Assembly (NCBI GenBank): GCA_051294375.1
Contig: CM119267.1
Span: 2,570,190-2,634,189 of the forward strand
Direction: 5' to 3'
Source of the DNA: Paraspadella gotoi
Lineage: Eukaryota; Animalia; Chaetognatha
DNA: 64,000 nt
The notes under the pieces were generated by a model that worked only from the letters and a program-made list of their open reading frames with translations, was not told the DNA's origin and made no database searches. Positions 1 through 12,561 of this stretch are shown piece by piece; the stretch's first letter is position 1, and every line of letters begins with the position of its first letter. Made by a program: the position numbers and the translations under genes.

Positions 1-157
1 TTTTTTTTAAATGGTTTCTTTTTATTTAATTTTAACAATTTATCAAACATATATAAAATTGTAAAATAAAACTATCGTCAAAATTTTTACCCGTCGCTTT
101 TTTGTTAAAATCAAAGAATTTAAATTATATATTTCTGATTCGAATTACCTTAGTACC

Positions 158-224
<67 letters not shown>
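158..224. repeat. (TAT)n microsatellite, representative of many simple repeats: (TAA)n 10615-10680, (TAT)n 62120-62450, (GA/CT)n throughout, (GAC)n at 16003, 17921, 50105, 51110 and 57366, (GAAT)n 63460-63600
   Basis: Directly visible. Confidence 0.95.
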
Positions 225-226
<2 letters not shown>

Positions 227-2769
227 AAGACAAAACCACAAAAAATTGTAAAAGAAATAGTACAAAGCAAATCTCGGTCAATAAAGTGCACCCAAANNNN
301 NNNNNNNNNNNNNNNNNNNNNNNNNNNNNNNNNNNNNNNNNNNNNNNNNNNNNNNNNNNNNNNNNNNNNNNNNNNNNNNNNNNNNNNNNNNNNNNNNNNN
401 NNNNNNNNNNNNNNNNNNNNNNNNNNNNNNNNNNNNNNNNNNNNNNNNNNNNNNNNNNNNNNNNNNNNNNNNNNNNNNNNNNNNNNNNNNNNNNNNNNNN
501 NNNNNNNNNNNNNNNNNNNNNNNNNNNNNNNNNNNNNNNNNNNNNNNNNNNNNNNNNNNNNNNNNNNNNNNNNNNNNNNNNNNNNNNNNNNNNNNNNNNN
601 NNNNNNNNNNNNNNNNNNNNNNNNNNNNNNNNNNNNNNNNNNNNNNNNNNNNNNNNNNNNNNNNNNNNNNNNNNNNNNNNNNNNNNNGCGCTCTCCACGG
701 GAGGTGAAGCAGGATTCGTAATTCAATAAAACCCATTACTCGAGATGTTGCCAACCGGGGCCCGATTTCATTAAATCGGCGAATGGGCGGCGCCGGCTTA
801 GGGGGCGGAGCGGCGCGGGGAGGCAGCGCCGGTCCAGCGCCGCTTGAAAGAAAAGCGCCGTCTGAAGGCCAGAGAATCGAATATGAGGCGTTTAGGGTTT
901 GTGGAAATTGTGGAATTTGTTGGAAATTAAAGATGAAAGATTGAATGAGAATGAGTCGGAACTACGAGTGGCCAAATTCTTGAGCTACAACCATTTATCG
1001 ATGCTGAGATTTAGCGGCAACGACAAAATAATTATATCAAAGCCATTTTCTTAGTTTCTGTCAAATCCTTTGTGTCGGAGGCTAAGGTTGGAAAACTGTA
1101 CAAGAGACCGTAGCGCAACTTCAGGAGGTCAATCGTCAAGAGGTCAATCAGCAACTGGCCGAACTGGTTAAACTTTCGGTGATCCAATTGCTAGTGGCCA
1201 ATCTGCAAGGAGCCAAGCTTCAAGAGGCCGACAACGTATTAATAAAAAAATTCGGCCGCCCGCTTGGATTTTCTTTTCTTGACTTTTTAGAATTAAAGTA
1301 GAGGAAATGGAAGAAGAAGAGAGGAAGAGGAAGAAGAAGAAGAAGAAAAGATAAGAGAGGATGAACGGAGGAGAAAGAAATGGGATGAGAAAGAGAGGAG
1401 AAAGAAATGGGAAATTCCCAAGTCAAACTTCTGACACCACCCCATTGAAAATCTGTTCATTATTTTTTTCCAATAATGAAGTCAATAATGATCAATCAAA
1501 ACTTAAATTTCTCAAGCTTATTTAATGTACTGATTAACATCATTTTAATTATAAAACACATTTTAAATAGAGAGGAAAGAGAAAAAGAAAAAGNNNNNNN
1601 NNNNNNNNNNNNNNNNNNNNNNNNNNNNNNNNNNNNNNNNNNNNNNNNNNNNNNNNNNNNNNNNNNNNNNNNNNNNNNNNNNNNNNNNNNNNNNNNNNNN
1701 NNNNNNNNNNNNNNNNNNNNNNNNNNNNNNNNNNNNNNNNNNNNNNNNNNNNNNNNNNNNNNNNNNNNNNNNNNNNNNNNNNNNNNNNNNNNNNNNNNNN
1801 NNNNNNNNNNNNNNNNNNNNNNNGGCGGCGGCTAAGCCTGAAACGACGACGAGGAGAAAGACAATTTCATTGACGACTACGACGACGACGACGACCCCCC
1901 TGAGACCCGCCCAAAGTTTTCGATAACTCTTTCACGCCCTCTTGATCTTTTTCACCCCTTTTCAACTCTCTTTTCTTCTTCTCTTTCCTTCGACCCTCTT
2001 CACTTATCTTAATCCTTTTTCACCTATCTTTATCCCTTTTCACCTATCTTCTCTCTTCCTCTTTACCCCTCTTTTACCCTTCTTTAATCTTTCTTCCTTC
2101 CTTACCCCTCTTTTTTTCCCCGTTCTTCACCCCTCTTCGCATTTCTTCACCCCTCTTTTTCGCCTCTCTTCTCTCTTCGCCCAACTTTAGCCCTCTCTTC
2201 ATCCCCGATCCCCCAATCTNNNNNNNNNNNNNNNNNNNNNNNNNNNNNNNNNNNNNNNNNNNNNNNNNNNNNNNNNNNNNNNNNNNNNNNNNNNNNNNNN
2301 NNNNNNNNNNNNNNNNNNNNNNNNNNNNNNNNNNNNNNNNNNNNNNNNNNNNNNNNNNNNNNNNNNNNNNNNNNNNNNNNNNNNNNNNNNNNNNNNNNNN
2401 NNNNNNNNNNNNNNNNNNNNNNNNNNNNNNNNNNNNNNNNNNNNNNNNNNNNNNNNNNNNNNNNNNNNNNNNNNNNNNNNNNNNNNNGGTCGGAGGAAGA
2501 GTGAGGATTGACGAAAAGGACCAAAAGGATCCAGATACAGTTTATATCTGTGTCTCGCTCTCTCTTTCGCTTCTCCCTTGCCCCCTCTCCCCTTGCCCGA
2601 CCTCAGGCAAGATTTGGACATTTCAAGGGGCTTCGATTTTGCCTTAACATATTTCTGTTTTGTGGATAAGGCGCTAAGTGTGCTGAGGAGTGTTATCCGC
2701 AACTTTTTTTAACTCCTTCTAACAGCCATGGAACGGGTTCTGGGCTTGGAATAAGGTTTGAGGGTTTTC

Positions 2770-2890
2770 CAGTCCCACAGGGCTGTTTACGGCCTTCCTC
2801 AGGCTTCTCGCAAGGATAGGTACCAATGGGATTCGATCCCGGTACCTGAGATTCATGAGCTGATGGTATTACTCAATGAGCCACCGGGTT
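2770..2890 (-). mobile_element. Putative tRNA-headed SINE fragment; related diverged copy at about 14295-14430
   Basis: Minus strand reads GGTGGCTCATTGAGTAA (A-box-like) ... CCGGGATCGAATCCC (B-box-like). TTACTCAATGAG is shared with about 14417. Confidence 0.45.
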
Positions 2891-3153
2891 ACGACTGAGT
2901 CTGAATGAGTAACGCTTACAGGCGGGGTGAACTGATGCAATGCCCGACTACATTACAACTATTTTCCCATGACCTTTCACACCGGCTTGTACTGGTGAGA
3001 TGTACGATGTATGATGTGAGAAGAAAGTGGAAAATACATAGTTTCAGGGTGAGGCGATCTTACCATTGATCTTACCTATCGTTTAATCTCCATCGCTATT
3101 CTACAATCATCATCATGCCGGTCATTCATCACGTTCAAATAAAATCAGGCTTA

Positions 3154-3203
3154 CACGCCGTGTAAATACACGGCCTTGAACGCAGACTGGCATTCAGGAC
3201 CCA
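3154..3203 (-). CDS. Probable further exon of the EGF gene (end of EGF: xGPECQSAFKAVYLHG)
   Basis: ctttcag acceptor, then a GPEC motif completing an EGF module. The intervening exon would lie in the N gap 3339-3568. Donor position is uncertain. Confidence 0.45.
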
Positions 3204-3576
3204 CTGAAAGGTAAGGATAGGTAAGGTGTATGGCAAATCGTCTCACCCTGTTATTTCTCTTTGGGTTACAAAAATTAAAGTCGCAACGATCATTTTAATT
3301 TTTCGGTCAGTTTTCGTTTTTCGTGATCTTGGGAGTGGNNNNNNNNNNNNNNNNNNNNNNNNNNNNNNNNNNNNNNNNNNNNNNNNNNNNNNNNNNNNNN
3401 NNNNNNNNNNNNNNNNNNNNNNNNNNNNNNNNNNNNNNNNNNNNNNNNNNNNNNNNNNNNNNNNNNNNNNNNNNNNNNNNNNNNNNNNNNNNNNNNNNNN
3501 NNNNNNNNNNNNNNNNNNNNNNNNNNNNNNNNNNNNNNNNNNNNNNNNNNNNNNNNNNNNNNNNNNNNTCACTTAC

Positions 3577-3759
3577 CCTTGCACGTCCCGCCGTTCAAGC
3601 ACGGGCTGCTGCCACAGGCGTCCACGAGAACGTCACAAGTTTTTCCTCCGTAAAAAGGCGGACATTCGCAGACAAAATCTTGTCCAAGGTTGATGCAGGT
3701 GGCGGCGCCATTGCAGGGTCTGAAAGAGGGTAGAGTCAGTTAGTGAGTGTCTTTGTCTT

Positions 3760-3803
<44 letters not shown>

Positions 3804-6601
3804 AATCCCTACCTGCTCAAACAGGGTTCGTCCGCGATCGTGTACATCCGAAAATCCCGAATCAAAACGTATTTTTGGTTATAATTCCGACCTGAAAATA
3901 AAAATATGAAAACAAATTGAAAAAAAAAAAACACCTTTAAAAAATAATTATTGTAGAGCCACTTTGGACTTTGCAGAGGCTATGGACAGTTTTGTGGGTT
4001 GACTTTCTTAGAAGATAGCAGCAATACTGTATTAGCGTTTGCCCTAGTGGCAGAACGGCTCGACGTCCGACGGCTAAAGATTCGATATCTTTGTCTCAAC
4101 TTTCCCGATTTCGCGATCGAGATTCGCGTCGACGAATAATTTGAAGAAGAAGGGAAAAGAGTGGTCGAGACTATCTGTATTGTTTTTCATAACGTTTGAA
4201 TTTAAAATTTAGACAATATTAAGTTGCCTCGAAGTTACGACATCGAACGGTTTCAAGATCACATATTTTACGTTTTATCTTCATTTGTTTACAAACGAAT
4301 TAAACTGCTTTCAACTCGTCACCCGTTTTTGTCATAATAAACGACTTTTGAAACTTCGATCGTCGTCAGTAAGAAAGTGAGGCAACTCAAACACTTTGCA
4401 AGCTTTCAAACAAGAATTTCTCACACTATAGTTTGTTAATTCCAAATTAATCAAATTTATCTATCTTTAATTTTATAAAAAAAATTTCATAAACATAACA
4501 TTTGAAAAAAAAACCTTTTTTATATAACTCTTCTCAGTAAGTCCTAACAACTCAATTGCAAGCCTTGTGGAGTAAACATAACGAGTGAAACTAGGCTCGA
4601 TTTCTGAGAAATGCGTCCCAGCGAATGTGTTCCCCTCGTCGAGAAGAAATTCATCAAAAGACGAAAAACGAAGAAAACAATTTCATGAAGGAGGAGGAAG
4701 AGGAGGAGGAGGAGGAGGAAGATGAGGAGGAGGAGTGAATATAAAAGTCACTTTTTGGTCGGTCGGTTCGTCTGTATATCCATCGGTCTGACCTAATTAG
4801 GTTTTAAATGCTTATAAGTATTAACCATTTTAATTAATATTTGATAGTGAGGTGACATGCATATTTCATACTTGTGCAGTAACGTGGTCAACTGAAAATA
4901 TAATCAAATAAGCAAATAATGAATATATGGTTCATACTTTTTTAGTTATATAACCATTAATAAACATGTGATGAGAGAATCAATGCGGTTTGTTTTGTTT
5001 AAGATTTCGTTGTCTTAGTTAATTACTAACTTCAAGTGATATGTTCTACATGTTCCATTCTACTAAAGTGGAACTTGGAATGAATGCACATAAAAAAGTT
5101 TAACACCTTGAACTTTTCCGGTTTTATTTTTTTTTCCAGCCCGACCTTTTATTTTAACTTTTTTCACCTCCTTCTTTTAATATAAACCATTCCCTTGAAA
5201 CATTCACAAAAGTTTAACCTCTCTCTCTCTCTCTCTCTCTCTNNNNNNNNNNNNNNNNNNNNNNNNNNNNNNNNNNNNNNNNNNNNNNNNNNNNNNNNNN
5301 NNNNNNNNNNNNNNNNNNNNNNNNNNNNNNNNNNNNNNNNNNNNNNNNNNNNNNNNNAACGGAGACTTGGCGGGATTCACCTGTTGAGAGGAAGCCTTTT
5401 TCCAAGAGGCAAGAAATCTTTCTCCGTAGCTCGTCCTTTTATTTGATCTTTACTCTGGCGTCGTCACGTAATAACGAATAAATTCGTGAAATATTTGGTT
5501 ATTTTAGGTAATACTTTACAGATAAATGGTTTACGGAAAAGACAAAAACAATCATATAAGATTACATTCTTTGAAATGTTTTACCACTTCATTCATAGGG
5601 AAGTCGGGTACAGTTTGTAAACAAGACTGGGATAGAGTCTTGATTAAAAGCTTGCAGCTTGCTATGTCATTATCACAACGCAGAGAATGGATTATCAAGT
5701 GGCTTGCCCCTCTTGGCGCCTTCCTTCGTTGATCATGTAAGAGTGATCGAGGCCTGACACCACCAAAGCCTGTCCAAAGTCACTTTATTAAATGAATAAA
5801 TAATTTTTATATTGGTAGTACTAATATCTTAACTTCACGAGGCAAATAAGACGTTCGTTTTGCAAAACTTTCGTATTTGTGAATTCGCTTTTTTTTTTAT
5901 TATTCGAATTTGAAGCTTTTGGACAAAATTACGTTTTTCCCCCCTCTCATCCCCTTTCCCACTTCGGCTTTATTTTCCGAAAGCGCCTTATTTCAGATTT
6001 TATTTTATTAAATTTATTTGAAATTATGGTTGAGAATATAGTTATAGTTATTGTTAAGGATAAAAATGAGGTATAACATTTAAGATTAAGAGATTAAGTT
6101 AAGAATTAAGGTTAAAGATTAGGGATTGCATTTAGTGAGTTAACGTTGAGGATTAATATTTGCAATTAGATTAAATGTTTTAAAAAAGATCAAAATTAGT
6201 TATTAAAATTAAAATTAAGTCAACGAATTAAAAAACAGGAATTGTTGACGGTTTTAGGACAAAATGCGCTCCAACTTCCCTCCCGTTCCTCCATTCTTCT
6301 CACTTCCTCCTCTTCTAATTTCTTTCAACTGTCGCAGATTTTTTGGACAACATATTTCGAGAAAAAGCAAGAAAGACATTTTAGTTGTCCCGCTTTTCTC
6401 TCGCCTTTCACTTAGAACATACTCTCTCTCTCTCTCTCTCTCTCTACTCCTCTCTCTCTCCCTCTCTTCTCTCTCTCTCTTCTCTCCCTCTATTTCTATT
6501 TTTCCCTTTCATCGTTTCTCATCTACTCCTATTTTCCCCGCCAAAGATTTCCTGAATTATTTTTTCTGTTTCTCTCTCTCTCATCTCTCTCTCTCCTCTC
6601 T

Positions 6602-6637
<36 letters not shown>

Positions 6638-6939
6638 CTCTCTCACCTCTTTTTCCTCTCTTGTCGAAATTGAATTTTTTTTTCCATTTTAAAGAAAAAA
6701 AAGGAAACCCATGAGTTTTGTAAAGAAAAAAAGTTTAATATATATTTTAAATAAATAATTAAAAAGCGAATAATTATAAATTAAAAAGCGAAACATTTTG
6801 ATCCTTTCGCCCTACTTGGCGACTCAAAAACTTCTCTCTCTCTATCTTGTCTCTTCTCTCTAACCCAAGAATGTCTTCAAACAACAACAAAAACCCTCAC
6901 TGCTGGTAGATAAACCTCTCTCTTCTCTTCTCTCTCGCC

Positions 6940-6977
<38 letters not shown>

Positions 6978-8132
6978 CTAACCTGGGACGTCTTCAATCA
7001 ACAGTTTGTACTTTTGAAGGCCCTGGCAAAGAGACGATTATGGACGCGCTGCTCGGCCGACGGACCAAGGAGTGAGTACGATGGGACGTGGACGAGCGTC
7101 TTCCCGAAGCTGTGCCTTCCATGCGACCCTGTGAGTAAAGAAAGATGTGATACGAGGTGATGAAGATAAAAAGATGAATACGATTTATCAAGGGGCTTAG
7201 CCACATTAACTTTCCTTAATGTGCACACTTTTCCAATTAATCACGTAATTTCATACGTAGTCTATATATATACACGTATATATACACACTAGCATCTCGT
7301 CAAAATGAATTATGAAGTATTGTAAAGTATGTATTGAATTTATGGTTAATTGAAAATGGTGAAACAATATAAAAATTAACCATTCATTAAATAAATTAGC
7401 TATCTTGCCCCTGAACATTGCTATGCTGGTTTAGGCCTCCTTCTTACAAGATTTACATAGCAGGTCCATGCAGGCTTTCAATCATGACTCACACACAGTC
7501 TCGTATATTCACTCCCAGATTTCCTGGCCTCCCTGTCAATGGAGTAGAATAATGTTTCAAAGAATATTTCAATCGGCCAAAAAGTGATATAAAATTGTAT
7601 AATATTGTATAAAAATTCAAAGTGAGCAGAAAAACAGACCGACCAACCGAAAATTGATTTAAATAGAGTCGCTAAAAAAAAAACTAAAAAAAGACCTGAA
7701 ATTTGTAGGAGGTAGGTCCGTCTGATGGGACGTTGCCGAGAAAGTTGTCCGATCGGCTCTTGAAGGAAAATCTGAATTGAAATTGTAGCCGCGGTCAAGT
7801 AGAAAACTTAAATATCTAATCAAATTAATGAATGAAATTATGTTTGATTCGAATGAGAAATAATAGGCGCTAAATTCTCTGATCTTAGTAATTTCTTCAG
7901 ACGCTCCTTACGAACTCGGGGCGTCACGTCGTTGACATGAAAACAAAACAACAAAAAAAAACCCAAAGTTTTCACGATCTTCAAAACCTGCAAATGAGTT
8001 TGGGATTAGGAAACTCGTAGGCGATCCATTGGGCGGGAGGAAACCCCCTGTCGGAATGCCACTCGGCAAAGGGACCCTCGAACGCGTTGCGCGGCCCCGT
8101 GACGTTATTGAAGGAGGAACTCGAAGTGGCTC
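3577..8132 (-). CDS. Exons for an F5/8 type C (discoidin/galactose-binding-like) domain followed by EGF repeats (>=8132-7988, 7771-7696, 7128-6983, 3891-3813, 3719-3577); likely continuation of the 9955-11123 gene
   Basis: ATSSSSFNNVTGPRNAFEGPFAEWHSDRGFPPAQWIAYEFPNPKLICR|FSFKSRSDNFLGNVPSDGPTSYKFQ|G...KTLVHV...KYKLLIEDVP|GRNYNQKYVLIRDFRMYTIADEPCLSR|PCNGAATCINLGQDFVCECPPFYGGKTCDVLVDACGSSPCLNGGTCK. Phases match at all junctions except exon 7128-6983, which needs indel correction. Confidence 0.75.
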
Positions 8133-9908
8133 NNNNNNNNNNNNNNNNNNNNNNNNNNNNNNNNNNNNNNNNNNNNNNNNNNNNNNNNNNNNNNNNNNNN
8201 NNNNNNNNNNNNNNNNNNNNNNNNNNNNNNNNNNNNNNNNNNNNNNNNNNNNNNNNNNNNNNNNNNNNNNNNNNNNNNNNNNNNNNNNNNNNNNNNNNNN
8301 NNNNNNNNNNNNNNNNNNNNNNNNNNNNNTACGGGAAGGTTGAGGACGGCCGTAAACCGCCTTGGCGGGTTATAAACCAAGCCTAATTCAGGACCCGTTT
8401 CTTGGCGAGCGTGGATAGTCTTCATCTAACAAATACGATAATCTACTGNNNNNNNNNNNNNNNNNNNNNNNNNNNNNNNNNNNNNNNNNNNNNNNNNNNN
8501 NNNNNNNNNNNNNNNNNNNNNNNNNNNNNNNNNNNNNNNNNNNNNNNNNNNNNNNNNNNNNNNNNNNNNNNNNNNNNNNNNNNNNNNNNNNNNNNNNNNN
8601 NNNNNNNNNNNNNNNNNNNNNNNNNNNNNNNNNNNNNNNNNNNNNNNNNNNNNNNNNNNNNNNNNNNNNNNNNNNNNNNNNNNNNNNNNNNNNNNNNNNN
8701 NNNNNNNNNNNNNNNNNNNNNNNNNNNNNNNNNNNNNNNNNNNNNNNNNNNNNNNNNNNNNNNNNNNNNNNNNNNNNNNNNNNNNNNNNNNNNNNNNNNN
8801 NNNNNNNNNNNNNNNNNNNNNNNNNNNNNNNNNNNNNNNNNNNNNNNNNNNNNNNNNNNNNNNNNNNNNNNNNNNNNNNNNNNNNNNNNNNCGCATTTGT
8901 ATTAATTTGTACTTTTTTACTAATCCTTAGTATTAGTTGCTTGAATTTTAAATTTCTGTTTTATTTTTCTTTTATTTGTTCAATTTTTTGCTATCTTTTC
9001 AATTTTCTTATTTCCTCTTCACAGACTTCTTTTAAAACATTTTCGTCTAGACATGTTTTTTATTTTTCTTTCTCTACTTTCCATTTTTTTTCGTCATTCT
9101 TAATCTTAAGCTACCGTTATTTCTCATAAAAATTTTTAGCGACGGAGGTCAGTGAGATGGGCAAGAGAGCCGCAGAACACAGCGACGGACGCTTCTGCAG
9201 TGTTTTAATCGGGTTGTGTTATTCTTATAAAATAATGGAGTTCTAGCCTGGGTGGGAGGTGCGAGGCACAACACCGTTTTTTAAAGAATTCGGGATAGGA
9301 GGCAAATGACGGGAACAAATCCCAGATCACTAGGCACACTGAGTGGTGGGGGAAACCCCCCCCCTTCCGCTTCCCGGTTCAAGAGTGGTTGGGCAAGCGT
9401 GGCGATGAATTTTAATTCTTTTACTCCCCTCACACACCAAAAAAAGAAAATGACAAAAAGGAAATCTAATTGAAAAAAGAAAGAAAAATAAATATAGAAA
9501 AAGGAAAAAAGTAAAAGACAAAAAGGAAATATAATGAAAAAAAGAAAGAAACAGAAATAAAGGAAAAGGAAAAAAAGAAAAAGAAAAGAAAATGGAATAA
9601 AGAAAAAGGGATTTTGTCAAGATCGACGGAAAGAAATCCGTTTTACGGGAGAAATTCAAGTCGCAGTCATAAAATCTCATTTGCATGAGGAAGAGGAGGA
9701 GGAAGAGGAGGAGGAAGAGGAAGAGGAGAGGAGGGCGGAGAGGAAGAGGAGGGAGAAGAGGAAGAGGAAAGGGAGGGAGAAAAAACGAGGAGAGAGAGAG
9801 ATGGAAAGAAAGAGAGAGAGAAAGAGAGAAATACAGGTATAAAGTGAAGAGTGTGAGAGAGAAATGAAGAGAGAGAAATTCAGGGATGTAAGGGTAAAAA
9901 AGAGAAAA

Positions 9909-9951
<43 letters not shown>

Positions 9952-9954
9952 CAC

Positions 9955-10641
9955 CACGCGATGACGACGCCGACCCAAAAATCTCGCACGTGTCTCCGCT
10001 CCAACCGACGGCGCATGCGCATTTAAATTCCGCCACCCCGTCTGGGGAAAATGGAAAGGGGGATGAGGAATGTGGAAGGGAGGAAGTGGAAAATGGGAGG
10101 TGGAGATGGAAGTGGAAAATGGAAGGTGGAAAGGGGAAGTTGAAAATGAGATGTGGAAGGGGGCGGTGGAAAGAGGGAGGTGGAAGGAAGTGCAAAATGG
10201 AAGGTAGAAGGGAGGAAGTGTAACGTGGAAAGGAGGAAGTGGAAAGTGAAAAGATGGAGGTCGAGAGAGGAAGAAACAAGAGGAAGACAAATCAAGACAG
10301 ATTTATTATGTAGAACCACGACGACGACGACGACGATGACCACCTGTGCAGATTCCATTGTTTTTGCAGGGAGACGAAGCGCAGTCGTCAAAATCACCCA
10401 GAGTTTTGATTACATCGTCGCCGTTGCAGGGCGACGACGACGACGACGACGACGACGATGATGAAGACGAGCATAAACATAACATTGAGTTTTTTTGTCG
10501 AGTGCAGGGACGAGCTGGAATTATCTGAAAGATAAATTATCGAACGATTACTTAATACTTATTTAATATTAAATTTGATCTGAACGCTGAAAATAGTAAT
10601 ATTGATAAAAAAATGATGATAATAATAATAAAATGATAACG

Positions 10642-10679
<38 letters not shown>

Positions 10680-11123
10680 TCTTCCCACAGAGACCTGAGT
10701 GCCAGGGCTGCAGCCTCTGTACACGATCTTAACACCTTCGCCAAGATCCTCCAACTTAGTGAAGCACAACCCGTTGCAGTCGACCGTCGAGACGCCGGCG
10801 TTCGACGCCACGGCGAAGGTGCAGTCGGCAGAATAGGAAGAGCACGAGTAGCACCTTCGATTCGCAGTTTGTCTTTTGTTTCTCGCCAAAGATTTCTCGT
10901 TGTCCCTTTTAAAATTCCAGATGTCGCTCCGATGCAGGGAACTGTTCTTTTTTTCGACGGCGTCGGTAAAGTAGACTTTACTGTAGGCGGTGAAGTTGGC
11001 GATGGAGATGACGACATTGGTTGAGTCGTCGTTGCCTCTTTTAGCGGCGCCACTGATGCCAGAACCAAGAGATATTGCCGTGAGTAGACAGGAAAGCTTC
11101 AATGAAGACAACGACGAAGGCAT
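9955..11123 (-). CDS. Secreted protein 5' exons (11123-10695, 10524-10344, 10041-9955): signal peptide, propeptide with RNKR site, 10-Cys three-finger/LU-like domain, Notch-type EGF domain
   Basis: Spliced reading: MPSSLSSLKLSCLLTAISLGSGISGA...RNKR|QTANRRCYSCSSYSADC...VDCNGLCFTK...YRGCSPGTQ|IIPARPCTRQKNSMLCLC(S)nPCNGDD...DFDDCASSPCKNNGICT|DGVAEFKCACAVGWSGDTCE. All junctions are GT-AG with matching phases (0, 1). Confidence 0.82.
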
Positions 11124-12561
11124 CTTGTAGTATTACGAGAGTTTTTGACAAATCAAAATTTTTTTTTTGTACTAGACATAAAATTATGTTATAAACTGAT
11201 GGAAACTAATTCATTTCCTTGATGATGATTCAAACTGAAAAGAAAGTTAGTTTTTCGTTAGTATTGAGTAACTCACTTTTGATCGTTTAAATCCAGAAAA
11301 AGAAATTAAAACAAAACAAATCTTAAAGAAGTTACGGAGAGTTGGTTTCACGGCGGGCTCCGGCTTCCCACCCCACACGGGGGGGGGTATAGCTCATATC
11401 TCTCTGCGTTGGNNNNNNNNNNNNNNNNNNNNNNNNNNNNNNNNNNNNNNNNNNNNNNNNNNNNNNNNNNNNNNNNNNNNNNNNNNNNNNNNNNNNNNNN
11501 NNNNNNNNNNNNNNNNNNNNNNNNNNNNNNNNNNNNNNNNNNNNNNNNNNNNNNNNNNNNNNNNNNNNNNNNNNNNNNNNNNNNNNNNNNNNNNNNNNNN
11601 NNNNNNNNNNNNNNNNNNNNNNNCATTACAAAACGAATGATAATCAAATTCAAAGTCACAACGGAAAGTTTCGTCGATTTGAAAAAAAANNNNNNNNNNA
11701 AGATTTGGCGAAGATTGTGAAAGGTTTTGGACCGAGTTTTTTTAACTCAACGAAAATTGGTTGATTTAGTCAAGAAAAACTTTTTTTTTTAGTTTCATCG
11801 CGAGAATCTAACGGTAAATCCCAAGAAAAAACGGGAACAAACATTTGTGTTCTGAGATTGAATTTCAATAGAAAAGGGTGAGAAAAAAGAAAGAGAGAGA
11901 GAGAGAGACGGGTTGAAAGAAAAAGAGAGAGAGAGAGACGGGTTGAAAGAAAAAGGGGGAACAAAAAAAAAGAAAAATTAAAGAGAAAAAAGAAAACCGT
12001 GATGGAAAAAGTTTTGAAGAAAGTTTCTGTATATTTCTCGTTCATAATTACTACATTTCGATAATTTTTTCGGACTTCTTCAAAATTAGACAATTCTTAG
12101 CTTCTTGCAAAAGTTTAAACTGTTTATCCGCTGAAAATTCGTTTTTGAATGAAATAAAGAAATGAAATTAAAGTTTATAAACCTACGAAAGAAAAAAATT
12201 ATGAAAAAAGTAAAAAAATATATATACGTCCGTTATGATCAAGAGTTGTATATAATATAGATATTATTAAAATCAATTGATAAATTGACAAATCAGTGTT
12301 CATTTTTACACTAAAATATAAATAAAAGTTATCAATTAGTCGAGTTTCATTGGCAAACAATTTTATTAGTGGAGACTGAAACTCGACCGAGAGAAATACG
12401 ATTAAAAACCATTTTAACGTGAGCTGTAAAATTTACAAACATACTTATATATTTGATCATTTGTTAAAACGTTTTTTCAAACTTTGCAAATCTTGATACA
12501 CTAATTAAAGCATTTCCGATTTTTCGTTCCCACTCAATAGAATTAGAAAATTAGATTTCGT

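Noticed and set aside
688-2720. Further exons of the EGF gene (e.g. KYVKAKSKPLEMSKSCLR|YKLYLDPF at 2490-2655)
   Set aside because: Splice sites are plausible, but there is no recognisable domain and the region is flanked by gaps, so it is not supportable as a feature.
6983-7128. Stop-codon readthrough or genetic-code change in an exon with stops in all frames
   Set aside because: Domain-like motifs are distributed across frames, which indicates indels. TAA is used as a normal stop by the dynein and GBP genes.
150-11720. ORF-track entries containing long X runs
   Set aside because: They are artefacts of N gaps.
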